This document shows positions 18,747-28,085 of a stretch of 64,000 nucleotides of DNA, in pieces. The notes under the pieces are model-generated. The model made no database searches. It was not told the origin of the DNA and worked only from the letters and a program-made list of their open reading frames with translations. Position numbers and translations under genes: made by a program. The DNA comes from a virus, in IMG/VR virus record IMGVR_UViG_3300030333_008334, positions 32,001-96,000 of that record, one strand, 5' to 3'. Every line of letters starts with the position of its first letter. Position 1 is the first letter of the stretch.

Positions 18747-21700
18747 TTAGTGATTTACGTTTGCAAATCCTTCTTTCTTATCTATAATTATCTGAGTGTC
18801 AACAATATCTTTCAAACTATCTAGATGTGAAATAAGTAGTACTGTCTTGAACTGATTTTTAATCATATCTAATATTCGAATAAATCCTTCCATATTTTCT
18901 TCATCCAAAGCTGTTCCAGGCTCATCTAAGATAAATACGTCTCCCTTTGGCAAAGTAGAAATATTCAACAAAGCCAAGCGTATAGCCATTGATGCTATCG
19001 TCTTCTCTGCGCCTGAACCCATTTCAATGGGCCTAGGATCATAACCTGGATGTTTAATTAGGATATCAAGTTTTGTATCTTCATTTAAGAACATAATCTC
19101 AAAATCAACAATATTCGTAAGAATTTTTGATACTTCTGAATTGATTAAAGGAAGACGTTTTTTGATAATGTCAAACGCAATTCCATTTGCATGCATGCAA
19201 CGCATAAATAAATCATAAGCAGAATATTGTTCCTGCATATCTTTATACTCTTCATGCTCTTGTTCTATTTTATGAAGCTGCTGTTCACACGAGCCGTTGA
19301 TTTTATACAGATCTAATATGTCTTTTTGACACATCTCATATGACTCTTTCTTGAGTGCGATCATTTCTTCTAGCTCTTTCTTTCTTTCAAGAAGGCTTTC
19401 TAGATTTTCAATCGCCTCTTTGTTCTCGTCATATTCTTTCTTTTTACTCTCTAAGTTATTAATAACATTATTGCATTTAAGCATTTTTGTTTTGTTTTTC
19501 TCAATGTTTAACTCCAAAGCACTAATTTCATTTTGCGTTGCTGACTTCTTTTCGACAACTTGTTCATATTTTAAAATATAATCATTTGTCTTGTTCGGTT
19601 CCATAGAAGTAATGGAAGTCTGCTTTTCTTTCTTTGAAGCAGATAGCTTTTCAACAGTCACAAGAGTGCCAGTAATTTTTTCTTTTGCTAAATATGCATC
19701 TTTAATAAACTTACAATGTGAATACTCTGATCCACATGGTACTTCATTTAAGAGTTGTATTTTCTTCTTTTGTCTTTCTAGTTGTCCTTCGTGCTTGTTT
19801 ATTTCTTTTTCGATCTTATCGAGTTTGTCATAATTTTCCTCAATAAGTCTCTGTTTTTCTTCGAGCGAAGACACATCAAAAGTTTCCAAGAAGTTCGCAA
19901 GCTTGCTAAGCATTGTTTTGCTTTCGTGCAAATCTTTGTTTGATGACTCATTTTGTTTTTTAAATGTTGCCAACATCTCCCTTTGATCAATAAGTTCTTT
20001 CTTTACCTCGTGAATATTGATTATCTCTGTCGGCAAAGAACGAACTTTGGCATCAATGCCAGAAAATTCACTTAACATGTCTTGCGTGTTTTTCTGAATG
20101 TTTTGACATTCTCTTTGTTTAATTAATATCGAAGTGTCATTTCTGGCAAATTCTGTTCTAGCTTTTTTTATTTCATTTTCAAATTCTCTATCTTCTGACC
20201 TTCGTAAAACGCCACGCATATCAGTTGCGTCTTCTTTAGCTTTGCGAAATTTATTTTCAAATATTTCCAAATCAAGAAACTTTGCAAGAATCTCTTTTCT
20301 CTTAGTAGAGCCTTCGTTGATATAGCTTAGAGATCCCAACTGAGAGGCCATAGATGTCATCAAGAAATCATCAATAGTGCCAAATATTTTACGAATGTTT
20401 TTATCAGTATCTAGCCGACTGAGACCATTCAGTTCTTTCTCCTCGCCTGTTGCGTTGTCCAAAACTCTAAAATCGACATCTGTCTTGGCTTCTGTAGTTA
20501 CTTTTCCTTTTAGCTTTTTTTGATATTTCTTACTTGTTCTTTCAATCATGTAAGTTCTAGTACCCACATCAATTTCTACATAGCCTCTGCAATCTTCTTT
20601 GTTCTGATTGATAATGTTGAGATTTTTACGATTATGCTTTGATGTGGTGTTGTACATTGTATACAGCAAACTGTCAATAATACTAGACTTTCCAGAAAAG
20701 TTTTTACCTAAGATGCCAACAATACCGTTCATGTTGGCAAAATTTATACTATTATTCTCCGCATAGTTAAATAAATTATCCCACTCTAAATGTTTAATTC
20801 TCCAATTGACATTGCGACTTACTTCTTCTTGCTCTTCAGCGATCGCTTTATACTTTCTATTAAGCTCATAAACTTTTTCTAGAGACGCACTGGATGCTTG
20901 AAAGTCTTTCAAGTACTCTTCAATTAATTCTTCTTGTATTCCAAGATCTCTTAAATCTTCCTGAACCAATCCATTTGTTAAATCCTCAACGTTTCCGCGC
21001 TCACCAGCAGATCTGTTGACATAAGTAATCGCCTCTGGTTTAAATCTTACCTTGCTAGCTTCCACAGCTTTTCGCACAACGCCTAAAGGAAGATTGTTTT
21101 CAGAAACCAATCGTAACCTTGCGCCTTTTTGCACAGCCGCGTTTTTTGGAATTCTGCCGGCAGGTGTAAGAACAATTGTCACAAACGGCTTGGGATTTTT
21201 AATTGCATAATGCTTGACAGTAAAGTTATCCTTGTCTTTGATATCCCAAAGCAAATAACCTTTATCGTTTGTTTCTCCATGATTCTGTTGAATTGTCGAA
21301 CCAGGATATCGAACCTTTCCTAATTTATCTAGCGCTTGGTTGGTTTTGTGAATATCACCAAGAAAGCCATAGTCAAAATCATTAAAGATGCTAAGATCAT
21401 TTTCCCCCCTCTCCATTGTCCAGCCGGCGTCAGTTTGGCAATTTGAAATAGATCCATGGTAGAGTGCGATACTTACACAATCTTTGTTGGAGGGCGGCTG
21501 CCAATTGTCCTCATCAAATACAGACAGCACATTCAAGGAGAAATTGTCCCTTAAAGGCACTTCGCCCGAATCACGTAGTAGGTATAGGTTTTCGTGCCCA
21601 AGTGCGTTTACGATAGGTGTAAGCGCATCTTGGCGGCTTGAATTACGCAAGTTGCCATCGTGGTTGCCCAAGATGACATAAGTTGGCGCAATATCTGCCA

Positions 21701-21899
21701 AATTACGAAAGAAATCAGAACACATTTGCACAAACTCAGGACTAATTTGAGTCTTGGTATGTGCAATGTCTCCGCAATGAATTATATAGTCTGGCTTTTG
21801 CTTAGCCAATTTTTTATAGAGCCGCTCAAACACTACTCGATACTCTTTATGATATTTGAGATTTCGAATATGCGTATCGGCTAAATGTGCAAATCGCAT
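18747..21899 (-). CDS. Single-chain Mre11(SbcD/gp47)-Rad50(SbcC/gp46) fusion nuclease-ATPase
   Basis: N-terminal phosphoesterase motifs ADTH, GDIAH, GNHD, YHG, GDIH. Then Walker A GKNFSGKSS, coiled coil with central CGSEYSHC, signature GSGAEK, Walker B/D-loop FILDEPGTALD, ISH. Confidence 0.95.
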   Translation of the reverse strand: MRFAHLADTHIRNLKYHKEYRVVFERLYKKLAKQKPDYIIHCGDIAHTKTQISPEFVQMCSDFFRNLADIAPTYVILGNHDGNLRNSSRQDALTPIVNALGHENLYLLRDSGEVPLRDNFSLNVLSVFDEDNWQPPSNKDCVSIALYHGSISNCQTDAGWTMERGENDLSIFNDFDYGFLGDIHKTNQALDKLGKVRYPGSTIQQNHGETNDKGYLLWDIKDKDNFTVKHYAIKNPKPFVTIVLTPAGRIPKNAAVQKGARLRLVSENNLPLGVVRKAVEASKVRFKPEAITYVNRSAGERGNVEDLTNGLVQEDLRDLGIQEELIEEYLKDFQASSASLEKVYELNRKYKAIAEEQEEVSRNVNWRIKHLEWDNLFNYAENNSINFANMNGIVGILGKNFSGKSSIIDSLLYTMYNTTSKHNRKNLNIINQNKEDCRGYVEIDVGTRTYMIERTSKKYQKKLKGKVTTEAKTDVDFRVLDNATGEEKELNGLSRLDTDKNIRKIFGTIDDFLMTSMASQLGSLSYINEGSTKRKEILAKFLDLEIFENKFRKAKEDATDMRGVLRRSEDREFENEIKKARTEFARNDTSILIKQRECQNIQKNTQDMLSEFSGIDAKVRSLPTEIINIHEVKKELIDQREMLATFKKQNESSNKDLHESKTMLSKLANFLETFDVSSLEEKQRLIEENYDKLDKIEKEINKHEGQLERQKKKIQLLNEVPCGSEYSHCKFIKDAYLAKEKITGTLVTVEKLSASKKEKQTSITSMEPNKTNDYILKYEQVVEKKSATQNEISALELNIEKNKTKMLKCNNVINNLESKKKEYDENKEAIENLESLLERKKELEEMIALKKESYEMCQKDILDLYKINGSCEQQLHKIEQEHEEYKDMQEQYSAYDLFMRCMHANGIAFDIIKKRLPLINSEVSKILTNIVDFEIMFLNEDTKLDILIKHPGYDPRPIEMGSGAEKTIASMAIRLALLNISTLPKGDVFILDEPGTALDEENMEGFIRILDMIKNQFKTVLLISHLDSLKDIVDTQIIIDKKEGFANVNH

Positions 21900-21921
21900 T
21901 TAGATCCTATTGTGTAGTATT

Positions 21922-21949
21922 ATTATAACTTCCGCAACTTAAAAGTCAA
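21922..21949 (-). promoter_or_regulatory. sigma70-type promoter TTGACT-N16-TATAAT
   Basis: -35 at 21949-21944 and -10 at 21927-21922, in the gap upstream of the Mre11-Rad50 ATG. Confidence 0.75.
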
Positions 21950-21951
21950 GT

Positions 21952-22467
21952 TTAAAATTTCTTTTGACGCGCTTTTTTAGTTGCTGGGCCATCTTTCTCT
22001 TCGTAGTAAACTCTTGTTTTCATTAGTCTATCAACCCAATCGGTTGTGACTCCCCAATTAGCGTCTTGAGTTTTTCCCATGTGGTGATCATAGTGCCATC
22101 TTAAAAAGATCTTTCCCCATATCGGCTGTAAATGTGCATATTTGTGAATTCTGTAATACCTGATTGCGCAAAAAATCAAAGTAAGGAAAAACAAAGGAGC
22201 ATAGTAAGCTAGCGGAAAATGAGCAGCCACTAATAAAAATAAGCCAAGCTTTTCTCTAAGAGGCGGGCCTTGCATTCCATCTAAATAATCGTCATCTCTA
22301 TTCTTATTTTTTCGGCAGCTTTTGTGGTGGGCATGCCAATGAAAAGACCAAAAGCTTCCTTTCTTCTTGCCCAAACCATGCAAAATATATTTATGAATAG
22401 CCCACTCTGATATCTGAGAATATATAATCGCTAGAGGTATAGACAATATATGAAGCAGGTAGATCAT
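21952..22467 (-). CDS. Fatty-acid hydroxylase / sterol desaturase superfamily membrane protein
   Basis: His boxes EWAIHKYILH, HWHAHH, HKYAH, HYDHH, then NWGVT..WVDRLMKT; TM segments. Confidence 0.85.
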   Translation of the reverse strand: MIYLLHILSIPLAIIYSQISEWAIHKYILHGLGKKKGSFWSFHWHAHHKSCRKNKNRDDDYLDGMQGPPLREKLGLFLLVAAHFPLAYYAPLFFLTLIFCAIRYYRIHKYAHLQPIWGKIFLRWHYDHHMGKTQDANWGVTTDWVDRLMKTRVYYEEKDGPATKKARQKKF

Positions 22468-23036
22468 TTTAACTCTTCTGGCACCTCTATAGGATCTATG
22501 TCGCTAAGTCGATAGCCAACTGACATGCTGCCCCAACGTGCAGCTGCAACTTCTTGTACAAACTGGGCTAATCTCATGACTTTATCATAAACTTCTGGTG
22601 CATATATTTCTGCACTTTCTGGCATTCTATTCAAAATATATTTGGCCAAGCTCATAACATCTTCCCACAAACCCTCTGCGTATCGATACTCGACTTCTGT
22701 TAATTCTAGTTTAGGATGTTCTTCAATTTTACTAGCCAAGCTTCTAATCATAGCAAAGAAACCTCTATCTTGCTGATATCTTTTTGAAGAATTATGCAAG
22801 GTGCTCAACTCTTCAAAGATGATGTTCAAAGCTTTGTTGACCGCTGGCCAATGAGGAATATTGTCACCTTCTGTAGAAGTTTTTGAAGAAGCTATTCCTT
22901 TGCCAAAGCGAAGATCTTGAGGTTGCGATAACGCTGTGCTATAATCAACAGCCTTTGATAGATAGCCATCAGCTTCTAAAATTGATTGAGCCTCTTCGTG
23001 TATGATCTGTCTTAGTTGTAATTCTGTAATTTTCAT
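22464..23036 (-). CDS. Putative capsid-internal protein with MKITELQLRQIIHEE N-terminus
   Basis: 190-aa ORF; amphipathic N-terminus ending in I-x-E sites; remainder unrecognised. Confidence 0.55.
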   Translation of the reverse strand: MKITELQLRQIIHEEAQSILEADGYLSKAVDYSTALSQPQDLRFGKGIASSKTSTEGDNIPHWPAVNKALNIIFEELSTLHNSSKRYQQDRGFFAMIRSLASKIEEHPKLELTEVEYRYAEGLWEDVMSLAKYILNRMPESAEIYAPEVYDKVMRLAQFVQEVAAARWGSMSVGYRLSDIDPIEVPEELK

Positions 23037-23050
23037 GTATAGACGGAATG

Positions 23051-23074
23051 AAAAACGCCGACCTCGATCGACGC
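23051..23074 (-). terminator. Hairpin plus U-tract downstream of primase
   Basis: GCGTCGAT-CGAG-GTCGGCGT followed by TTTT; pairs well only on the minus strand (G-U pairs). Confidence 0.5.
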
Positions 23075-23115
23075 AAAAAAATCATCACCCCCTTTGTTTT
23101 TTATTAGGCAAGAGA

Positions 23116-24054
23116 CTAAATTTTCATAATCTCTTTCAATAAATAGTTGTCTTTGTTCATAAATTCTGCTTTCTTTTTTCTTTTCGTATATTCATCTTTA
23201 GACATCTCACCAACGTCTTCGAAAGGATATATATCGACTTTGTAGACTTCTATTCCGTAATCTAATAATTTGTTGATCAAACGCATCGCTTTTTTTTCTG
23301 CGTCAGGATCAAGAGCGATATAGACAGGGGTATCGTTGTTGACAATCTCCTGAAATAATTTAGAGTCCTCTCGAAGGGTTGAGCCTAAGAGAGGGACTGC
23401 ATTTGGGCCTGCAACAATTGCATCAAAAGTACCTTCTACAATTGACAGATCCTCATCAAAATTTAAAAATAGATGATTGAAAATAATATCTCTACTTATA
23501 GGAGGGTTAGAATACTTTCTCCAATCATCTGTGTATGTTCTGGCTGTGAAAAAATTACAATATCCAGCCAAGTTAAAAGAGGGAATTATAATTCTTCCTG
23601 CATAAACCCCTGTCTTGCAGTAGCCTATCTTCCATCTTATTATATCTTGTTTTGTTATCCCTCTAGACTTTAGGTAATTTCTAGCATAAAGAGAATCGTA
23701 TGTTAAATTATTATTTGCCAAAGACGCATATTCATTTGGCAAATCAATTCTTTGCTCTTGTTTGACAAGCTCTCTGAAAAATAAAGCTTCTTCAAATGAA
23801 GCTATGTCGACATGCTCAGTTAATTTATCCCAAGAGGATCTTTGCTTAAAGTCGCCTTTGTTTCTGACGAGTCGCCTTAATGACCTGCCGGTATAATCGC
23901 ACACCCAGCATTTGAATACATCCTTCTCAATATTAACAGAAAGCTTTTTTTTATGATGTTCACATTTTGGACAAAAAAACAAATATTCTTGTTTTACCTT
24001 ATAACAAGAACCTAAAATTTCTTTTAGTATTGAGAGTTTTTTTGCTTCAGACAT
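23116..24054 (-). CDS. dnaG: DNA primase (DnaG/gp61-like)
   Basis: Zn-binding CPKCEHH...FKCWVC; YLKSRGI, RIIIP, KYSNP; TOPRIM IVEGTFDAI and LDPDA. Confidence 0.93.
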   Translation of the reverse strand: MSEAKKLSILKEILGSCYKVKQEYLFFCPKCEHHKKKLSVNIEKDVFKCWVCDYTGRSLRRLVRNKGDFKQRSSWDKLTEHVDIASFEEALFFRELVKQEQRIDLPNEYASLANNNLTYDSLYARNYLKSRGITKQDIIRWKIGYCKTGVYAGRIIIPSFNLAGYCNFFTARTYTDDWRKYSNPPISRDIIFNHLFLNFDEDLSIVEGTFDAIVAGPNAVPLLGSTLREDSKLFQEIVNNDTPVYIALDPDAEKKAMRLINKLLDYGIEVYKVDIYPFEDVGEMSKDEYTKRKKKAEFMNKDNYLLKEIMKI

Positions 24055-24563
24055 TCACACCCTGCTTTTGCAATAACCCAACTGTCAGCTTTATCATAAC
24101 ATCCGGGTTTTGGATTACCTTGCTTAGTATAATCAATAAGAACGCCTGGCACATTGTCAATAATATATTTTATAACTACTTGTTTTGCTTTGGTTCCTTT
24201 AGGCACAACAATTCCACATTTCTTTCTTGCAGAAGTTGCTGCGATATATTCTGGTTCTAATTCAAATATTGAATAACATAGCCACGAAACAATACCATTA
24301 AAGCGCGAAAGTGTAGAAAGTGTCTTCGCTGATGAGAAACCACTTCGAAAACTCTGCAGTGATTGTTCTATAAAAACTGCTTCCAGATGAAACATATCGT
24401 CTAATTCTAGTATCTTATCTTTGACGAATTTTGCTTTATCAAAAATAGAAGGAAACTTATTTTTATTTCTTAAATCCCATGCTTCGTTGTAAATGATATT
24501 TTCATGCTTATCTAAAACAGTTGCGCCAGTTATGCTGGTGCTAATATCTAAACCTAAAATCAT
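24024..24563 (-). CDS. ruvC: RuvC-like Holliday junction resolvase
   Basis: MILGLDISTSITG, VFIEQ, ARKK.G...K, YDKADSWVIA (D...E...DxxD catalytic set). Confidence 0.88.
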   Translation of the reverse strand: MILGLDISTSITGATVLDKHENIIYNEAWDLRNKNKFPSIFDKAKFVKDKILELDDMFHLEAVFIEQSLQSFRSGFSSAKTLSTLSRFNGIVSWLCYSIFELEPEYIAATSARKKCGIVVPKGTKAKQVVIKYIIDNVPGVLIDYTKQGNPKPGCYDKADSWVIAKAGCECLKQKNSQY

Positions 24564-24661
24564 AGAGAAATCAAATAAATTCCAACAACCAACAAGACCG
24601 GAATGCCTATCGTTATCCCAGCATGTGCCATAAAAAGCAATATTTCTTCTTTGCTCTTCAT
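24560..24661 (-). CDS. 33-aa single-pass membrane peptide MKSKEEILLFMAHAGITIGIPVLLVVGIYLISL
   Basis: Manual translation; SD GGAGGT; stop overlaps the RuvC start (ATGA). Confidence 0.7.
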   Translation of the reverse strand: MKSKEEILLFMAHAGITIGIPVLLVVGIYLISL

Positions 24662-24684
24662 CTTTAACCTCCAGAAAAACTATA

Positions 24685-25866
24685 TCATATATCTAGCTTA
24701 AGTTTAAAGGTAAATTCATCAGCTTCGCGCTTTCTAACAGGCGTTGCAAGCTTTGCGATCGCGATTAAATTCTTATTATCATCGTATATGCCAATTCTAG
24801 AAATGTAGGTTTGCTTTTCAAAACTAGCCGAATGGTTGTCATAATTATTCTTTACTGTATTTTTAATCTGCAAGTCTTTGTTTTCGATGTAAGTGTCAGT
24901 TGGATCTTCGCCCCATGAATAAGCCAGCGTTGCTGAGCCGCTATAGCTGTTTTGTATTTGCTGATTGTGTTTAATAAAAGTAGGATTGTTTGAATGATTC
25001 AGTTCTCCTTTTCTAGCATGTGTCAGCATTGTGATTGTCGGAGTATAAGTTGTTCCTTCAAACATCATATCAAAACTAGAAGAAATAAGATGATTGTTTT
25101 GTGAGCCAGTTGAAAAATAATGCAACCAACTAGCGGCCATGGCCGAGCTGTCGCCTTCATAAAAATCAGTGGATCCGTTTCCTATATCTCCGCTAGATGT
25201 TAGAATCATGAAACCCTCATCGTACAAAGCAATACCGGCTACTTTTCCTAATTGTGCAGAATTATAAGTTTCTACTAGTTCTCCATTCTTTCTAGAATCT
25301 TCAAGTCTCGCTACCAAAGTACCGGTAATATAATAGTTTAATTGTATACTTCCTTTGCGTATGCTAGATCCATAAAATATAGAAGGTATGCTTATTAGAT
25401 TCAACTCAGCGCTAGAGAAATTACGTTTTAACAGCGATGAAGAAAATGCACAGTGAGGGCTGTATCTTCTGTGAAAATCGATTGTAGACTTAAGAGCTTT
25501 GACTCTACGACGAGGTGAGTCGGCAGTTTCATACTTCCTGTGTATAGAAGCGCTAAGTGGATATGATCCAGACAGCACATCGCCATAATTAAAATCTGTA
25601 TTAACGCTAGTAGCTGATACTGTTTTAAAGCTAGTGAGACTTCCCTCTTTTGTGATGAAAGGATACACCAAGCCATGTGCATTGGCATCACGATTTACGT
25701 TCATCTCATAAAGATTTATGTGCCCATTTGGCGTATTAGAATTCTGCTTGTTTTGATGAATGTCGTTATAGTATACGTTATGATTAAAAAGGGTAAACTT
25801 TACTTTAGGATAAGCCTTAAGCTGGTTGTAGAAAATATCATTTTTTCCAAATTTGTAATACGGCAT
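24685..25866 (-). CDS. Baseplate/tail-collar-type structural protein
   Basis: C-terminal YISRIGIYDDNKNLIAIAKLATPVRK...KLKLDI; paralogue of 25882-26994. Confidence 0.7.
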   Translation of the reverse strand: MPYYKFGKNDIFYNQLKAYPKVKFTLFNHNVYYNDIHQNKQNSNTPNGHINLYEMNVNRDANAHGLVYPFITKEGSLTSFKTVSATSVNTDFNYGDVLSGSYPLSASIHRKYETADSPRRRVKALKSTIDFHRRYSPHCAFSSSLLKRNFSSAELNLISIPSIFYGSSIRKGSIQLNYYITGTLVARLEDSRKNGELVETYNSAQLGKVAGIALYDEGFMILTSSGDIGNGSTDFYEGDSSAMAASWLHYFSTGSQNNHLISSSFDMMFEGTTYTPTITMLTHARKGELNHSNNPTFIKHNQQIQNSYSGSATLAYSWGEDPTDTYIENKDLQIKNTVKNNYDNHSASFEKQTYISRIGIYDDNKNLIAIAKLATPVRKREADEFTFKLKLDI

Positions 25867-25881
25867 GACATTATCTTTTTC

Positions 25882-26994
25882 CTAGTAATCTAAACGTACT
25901 CGCAAGGTAAACTCTGTTGTGGGATCTTTTTTGAGTGGCTCAGATAGTTTTGCAACAGCCAACAATTCATTGTCTGCTGAATATAATCCAACTGTTGTAA
26001 TATAAGAAACTGGAGTGTCTGTAGAAATATTCTTAACAACCAATTTACTATCAGAAATATAACTTGGATTAGAACTATAATTGTATTCGTTATGATGCGC
26101 TCTGCAGTAATAAATCGTGGAATTCAACTCAGTAGTATTATTAAACTGAATGTTCGATACTCTTCTTCTTACTGAATTGGCAATATTTTGAATAGTAGAT
26201 CCAGTAACATAACGATATACATATGAGGATTTTGATCCGACATTGGTAATGCCGAATGAAGCTGTAGCAAGTCCTGGGCCCGGGCCATCGGCTTGAGAGC
26301 CAACAACCCTCTTGTGGCCGAACACAGAAGCTGTTACAACTGCGACGCCGGCTTGATAATAGACATGACCCAATGCTGTTTCTGGATGCGCGTTAGCGCC
26401 AGTTAAAAGTAGTCCATATTCGCCGGCAGGAGAATTAACAAAGTAGCTATTTTGTGCGCCATGATCTGATATGCTTAGCACACCGGCAACATCAGATTTT
26501 GAAATACCAATTTCACCTACTTCAGATCCAGTAATAAAGGACATTGTAAAGGATCCTTTCTTGATTTCGTCTTTAGTTAAAAGTCTAGAGAAGCTAAAAA
26601 AGAAAGCTTGATGAAATTTTCTGTTTGCTTGAGCATTACCACCTGTTGAAAAATTACCATCTTGATCGAATTTTCTAATTCCGCCAGTTACATCATGACC
26701 AACTAAAACCTGCGCCATTTGATTGTAGATATTTGATTTCTTGGTGTTTTGAGAAAAGCTGCTATTTTGCACCACTGAGGAATGACCAAATGTAATATCA
26801 AACAAGTGATTAGCCGAGGAGCTTAAGTAAGGATAATCATAAACACTTTGGAACATTCCATGAGAAAAGTCTTTAATATTATGATCATTATAAGTACCTG
26901 AAACTAAAGCACCAGTCATCGGAATAGCTTCGTGCAAAAGTGTTCTTGTCGACGTAACGTCGTTATTCGTTAAAGATTTAAATGATGATGCCAT
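25882..26994 (-). CDS. Baseplate/tail-collar-type structural protein
   Basis: IKKGSF, GHVYYQAG, EYNYSSNPSY, YITTVGLYSADNELLAVAKLSEPLKK...RVRLDY. Confidence 0.7.
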   Translation of the reverse strand: MASSFKSLTNNDVTSTRTLLHEAIPMTGALVSGTYNDHNIKDFSHGMFQSVYDYPYLSSSANHLFDITFGHSSVVQNSSFSQNTKKSNIYNQMAQVLVGHDVTGGIRKFDQDGNFSTGGNAQANRKFHQAFFFSFSRLLTKDEIKKGSFTMSFITGSEVGEIGISKSDVAGVLSISDHGAQNSYFVNSPAGEYGLLLTGANAHPETALGHVYYQAGVAVVTASVFGHKRVVGSQADGPGPGLATASFGITNVGSKSSYVYRYVTGSTIQNIANSVRRRVSNIQFNNTTELNSTIYYCRAHHNEYNYSSNPSYISDSKLVVKNISTDTPVSYITTVGLYSADNELLAVAKLSEPLKKDPTTEFTLRVRLDY

Positions 26995-27019
26995 TTGTTA
27001 TTTCCTGTTTTTTTTTATT

Positions 27020-27997
27020 TTATGATGAAGGCAGTTTAACATATCTAATAGGAATGTCTATTCTATAGCCTGTCGTAACACCTGTAACGCGAACGTTGGT
27101 ATCAATGTATTTTGTTGTGGCGCCTAGGCCCATGACGTTGTTTGAATCGATAGCGCCAAACTTTGTAAATAAATGTGTTGATGTTTGCAGCTCTAATTTT
27201 GCGCGTAGGCCAAACTGCAAGAAGCTTCCTCTCGGACCTCTAATAACTTCTGCTGGAGCAGTGCCGCCGGTGTCAGCTGGATTGGCGCCAATGACTCCCG
27301 TATTGCTGTTGTTTTTTACAAAATCAGAATTTGCGTCTGAGACATAATAACTAGCAATGCTGTCGTCATCTAGAAAAGAATATGTCATGACATTGCCACC
27401 TTCCATATTTTCTCCGCCTGTTGCCAGCTGTCCAAGTCTATCATCCATCTCAACCATATATTGAGTTTCGTAAAGGTCTTGATCAATTTGCATTCCAGGT
27501 GAAATTTCTGTGGTGTCTAGCCCTTGATCGATACGAATGTAACCACCAACATAATTTTCTGTTTGCGTTGTTCCATTCAACACTCCATTTTTTAGAGTAC
27601 CGCCGGTGTTCTTGGCAGCTTCTAGTGTTGTAGTGTCAACTGCAACTAAAAATGTATTAGCCAACTTTCCAAAATCAGCGCGTTTTGTGGAAGCAGTGTT
27701 TAATTTTAAAATAGGCAAATATAAAAGGTTTGTCCTAGAGATAGTAATTAGCTTTGACTTCATTGTTGAAGTATTGTTTGTAAATGCCTCTAGTACTGGC
27801 GTTTGCAAAATGTTTAGATCAAAATAAGCAGATCCGGAAGTGTGGGTCTTATCATAAAGACCATAGTTAATCTCGTCATCGCCTAAAGCAAACTTAGTAA
27901 TCTTAAAACTTCCGTCGCCTCGGGCAAGTCTGAATCGGCCGGTATCTGTCAATACGGCATCTAAAATAATATCTCCAGAGTTGTCTAGAAAAGCCAT
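27020..27997 (-). CDS. Baseplate structural protein
   Basis: N-terminal ILDAVLTDTGRFRLARGDGSFKITKFALGDDEINY module; SD TAGGAG. Confidence 0.7.
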   Translation of the reverse strand: MAFLDNSGDIILDAVLTDTGRFRLARGDGSFKITKFALGDDEINYGLYDKTHTSGSAYFDLNILQTPVLEAFTNNTSTMKSKLITISRTNLLYLPILKLNTASTKRADFGKLANTFLVAVDTTTLEAAKNTGGTLKNGVLNGTTQTENYVGGYIRIDQGLDTTEISPGMQIDQDLYETQYMVEMDDRLGQLATGGENMEGGNVMTYSFLDDDSIASYYVSDANSDFVKNNSNTGVIGANPADTGGTAPAEVIRGPRGSFLQFGLRAKLELQTSTHLFTKFGAIDSNNVMGLGATTKYIDTNVRVTGVTTGYRIDIPIRYVKLPSS

Positions 27998-28018
27998 TTA
28001 TTTTCTCCTATTTTCTTT

Positions 28019-28032
28019 ATAAATAGTATTAT
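28019..28032 (-). promoter_or_regulatory. Candidate late promoter ATAATACTATTTAT
   Basis: Exact copy of 2354-2367. Confidence 0.55.
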
Positions 28033-28085
28033 GCATTATAATCTACTTTTTAAAATTATTTAAAATAATTACTCTTTTTTTATTT

